64,000 nt of DNA from Octopus vulgaris (taxonomy: Eukaryota), in the NCBI GenBank assembly GCA_951406725.2, contig OX597821.1, positions 28,086,001-28,150,000 of the forward strand, read 5' to 3'. The position numbers and the translations under genes were made by a program. This document shows, piece after piece, positions 39,701 to 54,620 of this stretch; the stretch's first letter is position 1, and each line of letters begins with the position of its first letter. Under the pieces are notes generated by a model that made no database searches, was not told the DNA's origin, and was given only the letters and a program-made list of their open reading frames with translations.

Positions 39701-41614
39701 AACATAAGAAAAATAAAACATCGAGGTCGTTCTACTCTCGAGAACATCATACACATTACTCTGTAATATTAAGCATTCAGCAGAAACGTAAAATTTAGTG
39801 TGCTGAAAAAAAAACCAACAGTACACTATTATACTTCATTATAAACAGGTTTGATAATTTTCGCAACAGGTAAGTCAAACACACGACACATACAACACGT
39901 ATTCGATTTTCTTTTAGAAAACAATGCATTTTATTTGCGTTCTGAAATGGCGGCATTAAAATATTCAATAACATTGTTATCGAAAAAGGCATAATTGAAT
40001 TTCTATTCTTTATTCAAATATAATTACACAACGAAATTCCATCCATGTGATTTTACTTAGTTATTGCATAAGGAAATTTGTTATTTTTCTTGATTTTCGC
40101 TCGTCACCTGCGTAATTTTTTAAAGTAGTTTAAGAGACTAACAGCATATTTAACTTCAGTATCATACAATCTCCTTTTCTTCCTATTTATATTTCCATAG
40201 TTAAGTAATTTCCACATACACAACCTATATTTAGCAATTCACACTTTTATATTATCAGTATCTTGACTTCTCTAATGATTACTTTTTGACCCCAGCGAAT
40301 GAAGCCCTTACATGTAGGTATCAAAACACATTTTAGCAATTTGCAGTTTTGAGAGTCCCTTGATTTTTGAATAAAAATACTTCATCGTTATATAAACGTC
40401 TTATGCTAAGTGATGTTATACATAAATTATTTGTCCCCTAAAAGCCACAAAACACATAAAATTTGTTCATTAATATATTAAACAACACATAACATTTCCA
40501 GTATGTATAAATGAGAAAAGAAACATGCAGACACACCGATATGCATATGACTATACGCACATACACAGCCGCTGGTATTCAAACACAGATATACATATAA
40601 AAATAGGTAACCGCATTTTCTGAGAAATTAAGAGAAGTTTGGTTTCATAATCGTGTTCATCCTTGATTCGAAATTTTATGGGCTTAATTTGGTTTCCAAG
40701 TATCTATATCTCCCTCTCAATATTCTTCCTCCATCTCTCTTTATCCTTCTATCAGTGTCAATCTCTCTCTCCCTCTACATTCCTCTATCATTTATTAATC
40801 ATAAATTCGTGCATGCATAGATGCATACATGTGTATGTATATATCGCAAGATGACGAATATCCTACTTATATAATATTTCCCTTTGTCATTCACTCCCTC
40901 ATTCTGTCATGCTTAAGTATGGGAATACGTGCTACGCACAATTGCTATTTCGGAATGTTTGGCTTCTCACAGTATAAGAGTGATGCGATAAAGGATGTAA
41001 TGGCATAAACATAAATGCTTAAATGTTATACAACACTGCCTCGTGATTAATTCGGGGTATTCCGGAAATATTGGGCATAATGGAAAGGTATTTTGAAGGA
41101 TTAAGGCCGAATTCATTAGCACTGCTTATTGCATCAAATAGACTTGCTTCTATTCAGACAGAATCAGTGTAACAATTAAGTGAAAAATCGAAACAAAATT
41201 AGCGACTTTAAATGTTGTTAGACGAAGCATATACAGTAGGATGTTCGCTAGAGACTGCATTTCCCCTACAATTTTGGGTGTGCACATACCGTTTTTCGAC
41301 AGACCACAGCGTACATATGTAATCAAAAGAAACGAATATTTATCTGCAAAATATCCGAGTAAGAGATTTTACCTTTGACCTGAAATATTTTAAAATATAA
41401 ATAAAAAATAGATATTCTAAAATATCAAGTCTAAATTTATACGTAACAACTGCATATGTTCGGGATAGGATAGAAAAGCGTTTTTGTACGGGCGTGATGT
41501 TGTTGCTAGCGATACGTCGATACGACTAAGGCATGAAGCATCTCCATATCTGAATACTTCTTTAACTTTTAGAGGTATTCTTTAAGTCCTAACGTGAAAA
41601 GGGTTATACATTTA

Positions 41615-41650
<36 letters not shown>

Positions 41651-41665
41651 CATATACACACATAT

Positions 41666-44120
41666 ATCCTGCTGGTTCCGTGCCCCTTTGAGCAACATCA
41701 AATTCAGTCATCCGTCCACAAACACTCTCCAAGCTTTCCTATCATTTATAAACTCTCTTGTTTCTCTCACTCCAACACCTCTAATCACCAAATCTTTCCT
41801 GACTCCATCCATCCACACAAATCTAGGTTCGCCTCTGGTGTTGCTGCCTACCACTTCTGCCTTCATCAACTTATTTACCATCCGCCCCTCATCCATTCGT
41901 TCCATGTTGCCAAACCACCTCAACGTTCGTCTTTCTAGTTTGGTTATACATTTTTCTCTCATTCCTGCTCGCTTTTGCACCTCCTCATTCTTGATCTTGT
42001 CCATTCATACCACACCAACCATAGCCCTCAGACATCTCAACTCAAACACATTTAGTCACCTCCTTTCCGCCTCTCTCAGCCCCCACGTATCTGCACCATA
42101 TAACATTGTCGGCACAATCACGCCCTCATGCACAACTCTTTCGCTTTCATACTCAACGTTTTATCTCTGAGCGTACCTTTCACAACTCCAAATATCTTAC
42201 TCCCCTCCCTCACACTGTATCCAACTTCCTCAGCCAGCCCCGCACCTGCCGTCACATGTGATTCCAGATACTTAATACCACTCACCTCTTCTAACATCTC
42301 ACCCATTTATAGTCATATCATATCCTACCTGGCATTCCATCTGTCAAAAAACTCATCACCTTACTCGTAGCTACTTTCACTTTCAGTTTCCTCCTCTCAT
42401 ACACTCTTCCAAACGCTACTACCAGTCTCAACAGTTGCTCTTCCGAATCCGCCACCAGTTCTCTATCATCAACAAACAACAAATGACTCGCCTGCAATTT
42501 CTATCCATTTTCTCACTATTTGGGTTCACCTACCAAAGGTTCTCTCTCACCACACTATCCATATATGAATTAAACAGGCACGGAGACATCACACGACAGT
42601 CTTAATCCCACCTTCACATCAAACCACCCACCTTAGCACACGCCCTACTTTCCCTATAAAAACTCTGAACAGCTCTCAACAATCTACCATCTACTCCATA
42701 CAAACGTAACACGTGCCACATTGCATCCCTATCCACGCGGTCATATGCCTACTCTAGGTTTATAATGGCCCAATACACCTCCATTTTACCAAAAATTTCT
42801 CACACATCTGCCTTACTACAAATGTTTGACCTGCACACATCCATCCATTTCCCAAAAACCAAACTGCTCCTGCCATAGTACATTCTGTTTGGTTCCTCAC
42901 CCTTACAACCAGAATTCTTCCATAAAGTTTACCAACCAAACCAAACAGACTTATACCCCTAAACTTTCTACATTCACATTTATCCCCTTTCCCCTTGTAC
43001 ATTATTACTATAGAGGCACTGCACCAGTGCTTTGGTACGTTTCCAGCCATACAGCAAATATTCATAAACCTCACTAACCATTAAGTCACTGTCACACCTT
43101 CTTTCTTTAGGCATTCCACTGTACACACATATCTGGAGCCTTCCGGTTTGCCATCTACCGCAAGGATTTCCTCACCTCCTCATTTCCAGTTGCACCGTTG
43201 TTCCATTCCCCAGCAACAGACATTTTCCTATCTCCTCCCACAGCCACTATACTTACCTCCCTAACATCCTCTACATTTAACAGCTCACTTAAATACTTTG
43301 CCCATCTCCTTTGTACATCTTCACTTCCTTTCAACAAATTTCCATTTACATTCTTCACTCATTCTTCACTTCCCCCGACCACCTTTCTTACCATCTGTAC
43401 TACTTTCCAAAACATCTTTTTATTTCTTACACATTTTTCACTTAACTTTTTCCGAAAGCATTCACTCGCCTCCCATTTCGCTATCCTCACCACCCTATTT
43501 AATATCCTCTTTACTCTTCACTTCGCTGTAGCGATCATGAGCCTCTCCATCTCCTTTCAACCATTCTTCAAAGGCCCTTTTCTTCTCTACCACCGCATCC
43601 CTTACCTGCTCATTCCAACACAAACTAGCTTTCCTTACACCCATTCCAACCACTCATATACCTCATATACCTAAGAGGCACATCTCTTTACTGCATCTCT
43701 AAGAGCCTCCCACTCCTCTTCCTATCTCCCGTTTCTTAACCTGTTCCTATTTACGTCTCAGTTTCTCTACATACTCTTGCTCCTTCTCTCTCCTATCCAG
43801 TTCACTCACCTTCATAACCTCTCTCTTCCCTGTCACTCGTCTAATATTCAGTATAAGCTGAGTATAACTTCAACTTACACTGTACTAATAGGAGGAGAGG
43901 GGCCGCAGTCACCCTGCTCCTGCCCCTTTTAGTCGCCTCTCACGCCACGCAGGGAATACGGTGAATGCATTCTACCGAAGCCTCCGGCCAGCTAGGACGC
44001 TTACATGTGCTACCATTCCGAGTCAGATTAGACGTGGGAACAACAGTGGGTAAGGGGAATTGACTGCGGTGATATTTTAACCATGTCTCACATGGAATTA
44101 AACGGCGGCCATTTTGAACT
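41666..44120 (-). mobile_element. RTE-clade LINE, decayed, endonuclease domain apparently deleted
   Basis: RRWAKYLSELLN; YKGKGDKCECRKFRGISLFGLVGKLYGRIL; AYDRVDR; LRWFGNMERMDEGR...RGEPRFVWMDGVRKDL; 5'-UTR-type motif CCCTGCGTGGCGTGAGAGGCGACTAAAAGGGG at 43923-43954. Confidence 0.9.
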
Positions 44121-44558
44121 GGCAATGATGCATACGTGCATATATATGTATGTATACGTTCGTATATGTAAGTATTTGTATGTTGTATTTATATATATGT
44201 ATTTATGTTTCTTTTCTGTGTGTATTCTACTGACGAGGCAAAGTATTCTTAAATGCAAATTCAGAAATCCGGGATCAAGAATTATCCAGTAATTTTTTAC
44301 TAGCTACAACTTGTGTCTTTGTTTTCTCTCCGTGTTTGCGATATGGACAATTAAGGTGGTTTTAGAGTCAGATCAAGACTGTTATTTTCAGCATGGTGGT
44401 ATCTCGTAGATACCCTAATTTATAATTTTAATAATTATTACCTTTGAAGGTTATTTTTTCCATGCTGGCCACATGATAAAATCGTTGTTTTATTTTAAAT
44501 TAACGATCTTATCCTTATTTATATACATATATATATTCCTATATATATATATATATAT

Positions 44559-44589
<31 letters not shown>

Positions 44590-44631
44590 CATACATATAT
44601 ATATACATATATATGTACATATGTATGTATG

Positions 44632-44705
<74 letters not shown>

Positions 44706-45642
44706 TATATACATATATATGCATGCATATATGTATACATGGATGGCTGGGTGGATTTATCGATGAATATGTACACATGTAGACAAATGTATGTATATAC
44801 ATATTCATATATACGTATACACGTATATTTCTTTTGTGCATATGTGTATATGTATATGTAGATTACGTTAATATTTCTATACACAAGCAGCATAGAAATA
44901 TTCTACATTATAGTATACACCACGAACGAAATCAGGTAGGAAAATGCAAAAATATATTTTAAAATTCAACTAGGAAATGAATGATTAATTGTAGACACTA
45001 TACACAGATCGCAATACACGGCCAGAATTACTGCATCATACCTTATTTGATAAGTCCTTATTTCTACTGGTGAAAACAGTACGTGTGCCAGATTGGCAGC
45101 TCTTCGTATATACATAAATACATATACTTTTGCATTAGAGTTACCATATAAATTATACGCAATAAATATATTGTATATATTACATTTTCTCTTGCTCTCT
45201 TATTTCTTTTTCTCTCCGTTGACAAATGGGTGATTTGTTTTTGTATACTCTCTTCGCTTATTTATATTCATTGTATTAATACAATACTTCGATTGTTGAA
45301 TACGCGGTTTCTTTATCCTTTTTAGTTTATTTCCCTAATTTGTTTTCATTGTTCTTTCCCATTTGTATCAGTTGGTATTTCCTTATTCCTCTTTGTCAGA
45401 AGAATTCCGTGTGGGTATAAAATGTGATGAAGGAAAAATAATACAGCTGTGTTTTGACACTGGTCACCCAAGGATATGTATGTATGCTTCGATTGTTAAG
45501 TCATACGAATGCAATATCGTGTATAATTAAGGTAACATTCAGAGCTTAACAGCTAATAATGGTGCGTTGAAACAATTGTAGTAGATTGTAATTAAGCTTC
45601 TTCAGAACATCTCCTCCTATTAAAATTTGTTTCTATATATAT

Positions 45643-45800
45643 GCAGGCGCAGCTGTATGGAAAGAAGCTTGCTTCTCAACTACATGTTTCCGGGTTAACT
45701 CATTCTGTGTTACACCTTGGGCAAACGTCTTCTGCTGTAGTCTCAGGCATACCAAAGACTTGTGAATAGATTTGGTAGTCAGAATTTAAAGAAACCTGTC
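45643..45800 (+). mobile_element. SINE family C head and core
   Basis: GCAGGCGCAGCTGTATGG...CACCTTGGGCAAACGTC...TTTGGTAG...GAAACCTGTC. Confidence 0.7.
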
Positions 45801-45805
45801 TTATT

Positions 45806-45898
<93 letters not shown>

Positions 45899-45899
45899 A

Positions 45900-45960
<61 letters not shown>

Positions 45961-45969
45961 CTATATATA

Positions 45970-46138
45970 CCGGAGTAAACACATAAATGTGAAACAAGGT
46001 GGAAAAAGAATACACAAATAACAGTGGTAGAGTACTATGCTTTATTTAAAGCTGCAGAAAATTCAACAAAACCTGAAACTCAAAGGGAAACTCAAAGTAA
46101 CAGATTTTGTTGAATTTTCTGCTGCTTTAAATAAAGTA

Positions 46139-46139
<1 letters not shown>
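45970..46139. repeat. Head-to-head inverted repeat (39-bp arms), probable Penelope terminal fragments
   Basis: 46037-46075 vs 46101-46139, 36/39 match. Confidence 0.6.
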
Positions 46140-46171
<32 letters not shown>

Positions 46172-46329
46172 CTTTACTACCCACAAGGGGCTAAACATAG
46201 AGGGGACAAACAAGGTCAGACAAACGGATTAAGTCAATTACATTGACCCCAGTGCGTAACTGGTACTTAATTTATCCTCGGCGGAATTTGAACTCGCAAC
46301 GTAACGAAAGACGAAATACCGCTAAGCAT
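46172..46329 (-). mobile_element. SINE family A with internal deletion
   Basis: CTTTACTACCCACAAGGGGCTAAAC...TTTATC|CTCGGCGGAATTTGAAC (core deleted). Confidence 0.8.
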
Positions 46330-46589
46330 ATATATATATATCTTTGTATCTCTCTCTGCCCCCATATACTAGCATCAATCCAGGACACCACGTGACCTTC
46401 CTTGACCAATCGCATCCCACCTTACAGTAAAAACAATCAATTTCTGTCATTCAAATTCAAAATGGCTGACGACTAGTATCACTCTTGAAACTTAAGAGTA
46501 GCAACGAATTTGAATCTAACTGTTTCAATCCATACAGGGAACTCCCAATAAACCTGTTGATTTCCCTTCTTTCGTTTGTCTACGCAGAC

Positions 46590-46636
<47 letters not shown>

Positions 46637-46699
46637 CACAGACATACAAACATATATATACATATGCATATATATATGTATGTATGTATTTATGTGTGT

Positions 46700-46905
46700 G
46701 TGCTTGTGTTTGTCCCGCCGCCATCCCTTCATAATCGATGCTGCCGTGTTCATGTCCCCGTAACTTAGCAGTTCAACATGAGGGCCCGACCAATTAAGTG
46801 CTCGGCTTACAAAGAATACGTCATGAGGTCAATTTCTTCGATTAAACCCATTTTAAAGTGGTGTTCCAGCATATCGGCAGTTAAATTATTGAAATAAGTA
46901 CAACA
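46700..46905 (+). mobile_element. SINE family C tail
   Basis: GTGTTTGTCCC...GTCCCCGTAACTTAGC...GGTGTTCCAGCAT...GAAATAAGTA. Confidence 0.7.
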
Positions 46906-46933
46906 GTAAAAAGGACACACATACACATATATA

Positions 46934-46982
<49 letters not shown>

Positions 46983-47205
46983 CGTATATATATAACGTAT
47001 ATATATATAACGTATATATATATATATATATATATAGAATGGTTGTATACTGTCAATCTAACACGAACGTGACAGTAGGGGGTACACCACCGCTATTTAG
47101 CCCTAGGAAGCATCGACGCCTCCTGATGGCTTTGACACATTTTTCGTGTGTCCTTATATACATTTACGAAGGGGAGACAAACACCCCCAGCCGCTCGGGG
47201 CTGCA

Positions 47206-47250
47206 TCTAGAGACACGTGTTTCAGGATGATTGTCCTTCGTCGGCCTAGA
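47206..47250 (-). ncRNA. Minimal type I hammerhead ribozyme (U4C variant), Penelope-associated type
   Basis: Minus strand UCUAGG-CCGACGA-AGGA caauca UCCU-GAAA-CACGUG-UC-UCUAGA: 6-bp stem I, 4-bp stem II, palindromic stem III, GUC cleavage triplet. Confidence 0.7.
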
Positions 47251-47293
47251 GTAGCAGACACCGGTCAGCTGACGATATTTGTCTCGACTCGTA

Positions 47294-47349
<56 letters not shown>

Positions 47350-47744
47350 GTACAAGGTCATCCACCTAACAACAATGGATCTACTGATCCTACCTTCTCG
47401 GATTTCAGTAAATCACTCCAATCTACCACGACTTTTGAACATTTTAAACTTTCCGAAATTGTATACTATGTACGTAAATACCACCCCATTCAGTCTCCTA
47501 CCCTAGCTTTTATCTGTTTCTCCTTTTCTTCTTTTCCCTTTTTTCTGTATGTTTTTTCTTTTATTACTTTTTCCTCCTTTTTTATTCCTTTTCTCCTTTT
47601 CCCCCTTTTACTCTGTTTTTGCATATTGCAAGTCCTTCCTCCTCCACCTTCACCACAGTCTAAAGAAACACCTTTCCACGCTTCCATTCTGCTGCTTTCA
47701 ACCTTCTATTAATCTTTCCCTACTAATTAAAAAAAAAAACATGC

Positions 47745-49987
47745 TTTTGTTGTCAAGTTTCCCTTCTCAGTCCTTGACTTCATTACCATTATCTACCCAC
47801 TCTGACACGGGACGCTCTCTTCACAGTAAGGGTCTGTGTTTCACCTCCCTCACTCCATCCAGTTTCAGAACCGTGCTGATATTCATAGTATTGTTCCCTG
47901 CGTCAGGCTATATGCACTATTTCACAACACTCCACCTGCATCTGGTGAATATGACTGCTTCAATGACCTGTACCGCTAAACATCCTAGTGGACGCCAGCT
48001 CCTGGCTTGTTCCAAGCAGTTGATTTTGCAAGCATCTGCCACCCAGTTGTGGACCGGTTTAACTGTCGTCGGCGTCCCCGACATTTTAACATCTCCCCAG
48101 CGTAACTCTCATCATAAAACCAGCCTACAAGGGTGGAGATGTGGTGGTGTGGTGCGTAGACCTTTACAAGTCTGAAGCTCTCCACCAACTTCAAGACACC
48201 TTCTCTTGCGCTCTTCCCTACAAACCCACGCCAAACTACCAACAGACTGCGTCCTCCACTATCTATGACCATATTTTCTCCTCCCGTCTCGCTCTCACCG
48301 CCTCCAACATCATTTTCCGCACTCCACACACCACTAATATTTAATTCATTCCTAAAATTCACAAGCCCAACAACCCTGGCGGCCCCATCGTCTCCGCCTG
48401 CAACTGCCCCATGAAAATGATTTTCAAATACCTCAAGCATGTCCTTGCTCCCCTCGTGGTTTCCCTCTCCTCCCACTTCCACGACACCAACAATGCTTTC
48501 CGTCTCATTTACTCATCTTCCGATTCCTCTGACCCCTATATAATTCAATTCACTCTTGATATCAACGAAGGTTTTCTTGCGCTGGAACACTTTCTGGACA
48601 GTCGACGTGACCCCCAACCTGACACCGCCACACTGCTTTGTCTGGCCGAACTTGTTCTCTCTCTCTCTCAACTACTTCTCCTTCGCGGTGGAGTTTTACC
48701 AACAGTTCTCGGGAATAGCCATGGGAACCAGAATGGGCCCCAACTATACGAACCTGTTCGTTGTCTATGCTGAGACACAAATATTCCCACAATTCACTGG
48801 TCCTTCTCCCGAACTATACAATCGTTATATTTCTGACTATCGGCGCGACCTCACTATCCCGTGAACAAATAGACTCCTTCCTTCCTTTTGTATAATCTTT
48901 CAATCCTGCCGTCGAATACTCTTTTCACTATCTCTAACTCTTCCGTTGAATTTCTCGACATTCCTGTCGGAATAAGTCACTCCGCTCTCACTAGTTCCAT
49001 CCATTACAAACACATTGATTCACACTATTCACTTAACTTCTACAAATCACAACCTACCCTCACCAAGGTCTCCATCTCCTACTCCTAATTCCTCCGTCTG
49101 TGCAGGATCTGCAGTAACAACCATGACAGAGATTCAGTCTCAACTCATGGCTTGCCACTTCATCCTACGTGGATATCCCCTCACCATTATCAACACTGCT
49201 CTTGTCAGGTCACGATCTGTCGACCGTGCCTCTACTCTTTCTCCTCGAAACCTCTCCACTGTTTCCCCTTTCTCGTTTCCCCTTACCTACCACCCCTCCG
49301 CCTTGCCCCTCACACATCTTCCCCAATCTAACTATTGCTTCCTTCAAACGAGCCCATAACTTGCGTGACTTCCTGGTACACAGTTTCGTCCCTAATCTCA
49401 CCTCCCAAACTGGCTCCTAAATATATAGAGACCCGCCATCATCTCAATCATATCACCGACTCCTTTACCTGTACTGCTAGTAACATCATTTAGCGCATCT
49501 CCTGCTCTTTCTGCCCTTCCCTGTACATAGGCCAAACGAGACACCGCTTGGCTGGTGGGTTCGCGGAACACCATATGGGCTCAACCTGCCTCCGCTCTTC
49601 ATATGACGCCAACCTCACCTAATCCTTTGTTCCCAACGTCACACCACTCTACACACACTAGCACTGACCCCTTTACAGCACACTATCATCCACACACCCG
49701 CACACAATCTTCCATAACGTCACCATACATACCACTATATGAGCAGCAACGCACACTAGCTCAGTACACATATCGTACACTGTCATGCAGAAACCCACAC
49801 TCAAACAAGCACATAATATCTTAACACAGACAGTATATACTCCCACTCCCACACCAGTATATCATACATGAACACAGGCTATAGGTACATAAACACGCAA
49901 TACGCGTTAACCCACGCAACATACATGGACAAATATAACTTTCGCCCACATATATACACCATACACATTCACACTGTTTGGTCACAG

Positions 49988-50019
<32 letters not shown>

Positions 50020-50405
50020 TTGCACACACCACGTAAAAAAGCACACAACAACTGCTACACACATTACACACGTTACACACACAAACACACACATTCACAC
50101 ACGTCAGAGTCACTCGCCCTTAGCTACTCCCACTCACACAAACACTCACACACACCATTCTCCCATCTTCTCTTGTTAGAATCATTAGCACTTTATTATC
50201 TCCTTTTCCTTCAACTTCCTTTTTTCATAATCATTATCTCCCTTTAGGTCAAACTCTTTTGTTCCAATCATTCGCCATGCTGGACCGCTGAAATCTACAA
50301 GATTTTTTTTTCATTCTCTTTCATTTTCCCCGAGCGTCAAACTAATACATTTCTTTCTTGCTCATACACCTGTCTTCATCTTATGTTTTTCCATAAATTT
50401 CAACT
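47745..50405 (+). mobile_element. Penelope-like element (Neptune-type), decayed RT plus GIY-YIG
   Basis: SKGLCF; PKIHKPNNPGGPIVSAC; FYQQFSGIAMGTRMGPNYTNLF; YNRYISD; VEFLDI; FTCTASNII*RISCSFCPSLYIGQT (~49455-49540); pLTR-like tail at 50320-50405. Confidence 0.85.
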
Positions 50406-50967
50406 ACACACACAAAAATACATATAATCTATAATCCAAATAATAAGAAAACTAAGAAATTTCTTAGTCTTATTATTCAGATTATGTATTCTTTGCCAAA
50501 CTCAAACAACGGTCTTTCCGTCGTGTGAACGAGAATTTTACACTTGAAGGATTTCGGCATCGGTCTGGATGCGGAAATCCTTCACGTTTGTGTGTGTGTG
50601 TGTGTGTATGTGTGTGTGTGCGTGGGTGTGTGTATATGTGTTTGTGCAACTCTGTGTGTGTGTGTGTGTATGTGTAATTCTGGGTGTGTGGGCGTGTGTG
50701 TACACGTGAGTGGGTTCGCTTGCGCGTAAGTATGTGTTTGAGTGGTGTTTGCATTAATATATATATAATTTCTGTGTGCATTGAGTATAAAGATTGGGAG
50801 CGAAACTACGGTTATATTCACTGTACATTCAAAGTTTGCCAGTAGTTTCACCTGCCAATCGAAACTTTATATATACCATACATACGTATATATATATATA
50901 TATATACACACACACATATATATATATATCTATATATATATAAGATATACATATATAATATATAACG

Positions 50968-50999
<32 letters not shown>

Positions 51000-51098
51000 T
51001 GTGAAAATGTGTAACACGGTATGTACGAGAAAATATTTCACACAGAGATGGATACATTTTCATATACATACATATATATATTTATATATACATATATA

Positions 51099-51139
<41 letters not shown>

Positions 51140-51189
51140 AAATATACATATATATATATCTATGTATAAATATACATATATATATACAC

Positions 51190-51229
<40 letters not shown>

Positions 51230-51377
51230 GTATATACACAGATGTATTTATGTATATATCCACACATATATATATATATGAATACGTATGTGTATATATA
51301 TATGTGTGTTTATATCTATGTATATATGTATAAATATATATATACATATGTGTGTGTATCTGTCTCTCTCATACACC

Positions 51378-51431
<54 letters not shown>

Positions 51432-51437
51432 GTACAG

Positions 51438-51490
<53 letters not shown>

Positions 51491-52732
51491 CACACTCACA
51501 CACACAGACACACACACATATATGTTTTTTCGTTGTACATATAATAATAGTATGCCGGCTAGATGTTATCTTAGTTTCAACATTGAACATTGAATCAAGT
51601 GAAGATGAAAAGTACAAAATTTTGAGTGGCAGAATGGAGTATTCTATTCTGAGTTTTCTTGTCTCTCTGTCACTGAAGGCGACTTCTTAATCGGTCGGTT
51701 TTAAGAACATGAATGCTGATTGAACTGGTAATGTATGTGGATGACACAGTGAAGGAAATGAAGCAAGGTGTCTGCTAGACAACTACTTGATGTGCTATAA
51801 TAGAATCTCATTCATACGCACACATACATACACATATGTTCCCATACATATGCCTCTACTGAGAGCAATTTTCTATGAAAAGTATCTTTTAATAGATTCC
51901 ATTTATCTTAAGAGATAAGGCACCCCAATATCGATTCATAGACAATGAAATTGCTTAAAATTCTAAGCCTATATTTCATATATGACTATATTGAACGTCA
52001 ATGTATATAAAATTTTGATAGACACTTCTCATACATTATTGTCAGACAATGCTGCATGTATTTATTACTGATTTTAGTCTTATACCGAATTTAGATTTGT
52101 ATTTTACGAAGTGGTTTAAATATTTATATGTACAACGAAAATAATTAATCAATATACAATTAAAACAAAGTCCAATATGCTACACAAAGTGTTCAATGAA
52201 ACTAGGTGAAAGTTCACGATCTTGTTGCTAGCTAGAAACAATGGAATTTTAGGTGACTGCTATCCAGACAAGGCATTATCTATAGAGAAATTTAAGTAGA
52301 TGAAACAAACCGAAATCTGATACGAATTGTGAGATATTCAAATCTTAGTGTGGCACTCCAAAGTCGGAAGTTAACATTTAAGCAGATGACATGGGTCTCT
52401 CATAGTTAGCGATAATTTATCATAGAGCCGAAAAAAATATCATTAAAAGCATTGGTAAAATGAAAAAAAAGTTAATTGCTGTGGAATAAGCTGTTAAAGA
52501 TTCATGCGTTTCTACGAGGCAATCTTGACAGCAGTGAAATAAATAACTAAAATGAATCAATGGTATACAAAAAAAAAAAAAAAAATACGATAAAAAGAAA
52601 CAAAAGAGGAACGAAGTAACAAATAAGCAAAAGAACAGGAAAATATTGACAGCAAGCGACACTGACGGTAAATTAGTAGTTTAGCGTTGGAAGAAAGAGA
52701 GCAATTGAAGGGATAAAGAGAACAAAAGTTAC

Positions 52733-52894
<162 letters not shown>

Positions 52895-53356
52895 TTATAT
52901 ATTTATATATGTATATATATATATGCATAAACATACATATACATATATACGTATATATGCACAGATGGAGAAAGAGATAAAGAGAGATCGAGCGAAGGGG
53001 AGAGGAGCATATAATCGCTTTTTTTTATATATGTATAGCAGGCAGTACAATCTGAGTAACAAAGCGACAATAAATGTGCATGCATATATGTACATCAGTC
53101 TCTTTAAGCAAATATGGATACGTGTGTGTATAGATATATACATACAATATATATTTACACACACACAATCACGCACAGACGCACACTTACACACACATAT
53201 ATGTCTCTATATATATGTATATGAACAAAAATAAGGTGTACATAAATAAATAAATAAATATATACATATATATTCATATATATATACATACATGTATCCA
53301 TCCGTATAATATTTCTTACACTTAAATACACACACACAAGCATACACACACACACA

Positions 53357-53422
<66 letters not shown>

Positions 53423-53503
53423 CAGACGCAAAAACACGAAACAATCTCGCATAAACACAATCATATTGGAATGCATGCATCAACAGAAATACTTGTTTAT
53501 ATC

Positions 53504-53595
<92 letters not shown>

Positions 53596-54379
53596 TGTGC
53601 CTGTCTGTTTGTGCGTGCATGTGTGTGCGTGTTTGTGTGTTTGTGATATGTGTATACATACATATAGATACATCTGCGCTTAGTTGTGAGAGGAACCGGA
53701 AACCAATCAATATATCATGTAAGCAGTTTCAACCGTGTCTGCTCCACTCTGATATACAACGCTATTCATGCTGCGAAGGTTTATGTTCCTACAGATTACT
53801 GAGTAAAAGACACAGCGGGATATGCTCTTACATTTGCCAATACTAATATTTTCATTACAACTTGAAGATATTAGCGTGAGGAGACCTCATGCAGAAAGAT
53901 TTACAAAAACAAGAAAAGAAAATTTTATGAAAAAAAAAAGGACAATGAAACAATAAAGGTGAAAAATAATATAAATCTCATCAATAGTTCATCTTAATTT
54001 ATAGCGCAAATAGAAAAGTGCATGTTGAAAATAAGATCGAACGACCGATGACATTGAGGCCCTCCATATGACTTTCAAATTAATAATCTGTTCATTTAAT
54101 GATTGTGGAAGATCAAACGTTTATAATTAACTCCATTGTGTGGATTTAATAATGAAAATCGGCTCTGTTATTCCATACAGTATAATGATGCGCATTAATT
54201 TATACTATCGTCATCTTGTGTTAATTATCCCGAAAGAATGATTAAATAATGAAAATAAACGTAATAATAATAATAATGAAAATGTTAATGAAAGCAATCA
54301 TAAGAATATTAATAATAATGTTGATAATGAGAATAATCTCTGCCAATATTAAGAATTATTAAGATAATGAAGGACAGCA

Positions 54380-54620
<241 letters not shown>

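Noticed and set aside
43990-44110. HDV-like ribozyme at the RTE 5' end (TTCCCACGT L3-like motif, minus strand 44032-44040)
   Set aside because: Could not find a P2 partner strand or J4/2 motif, and P1/P3 pairings are imperfect. Needs a consensus-based search.
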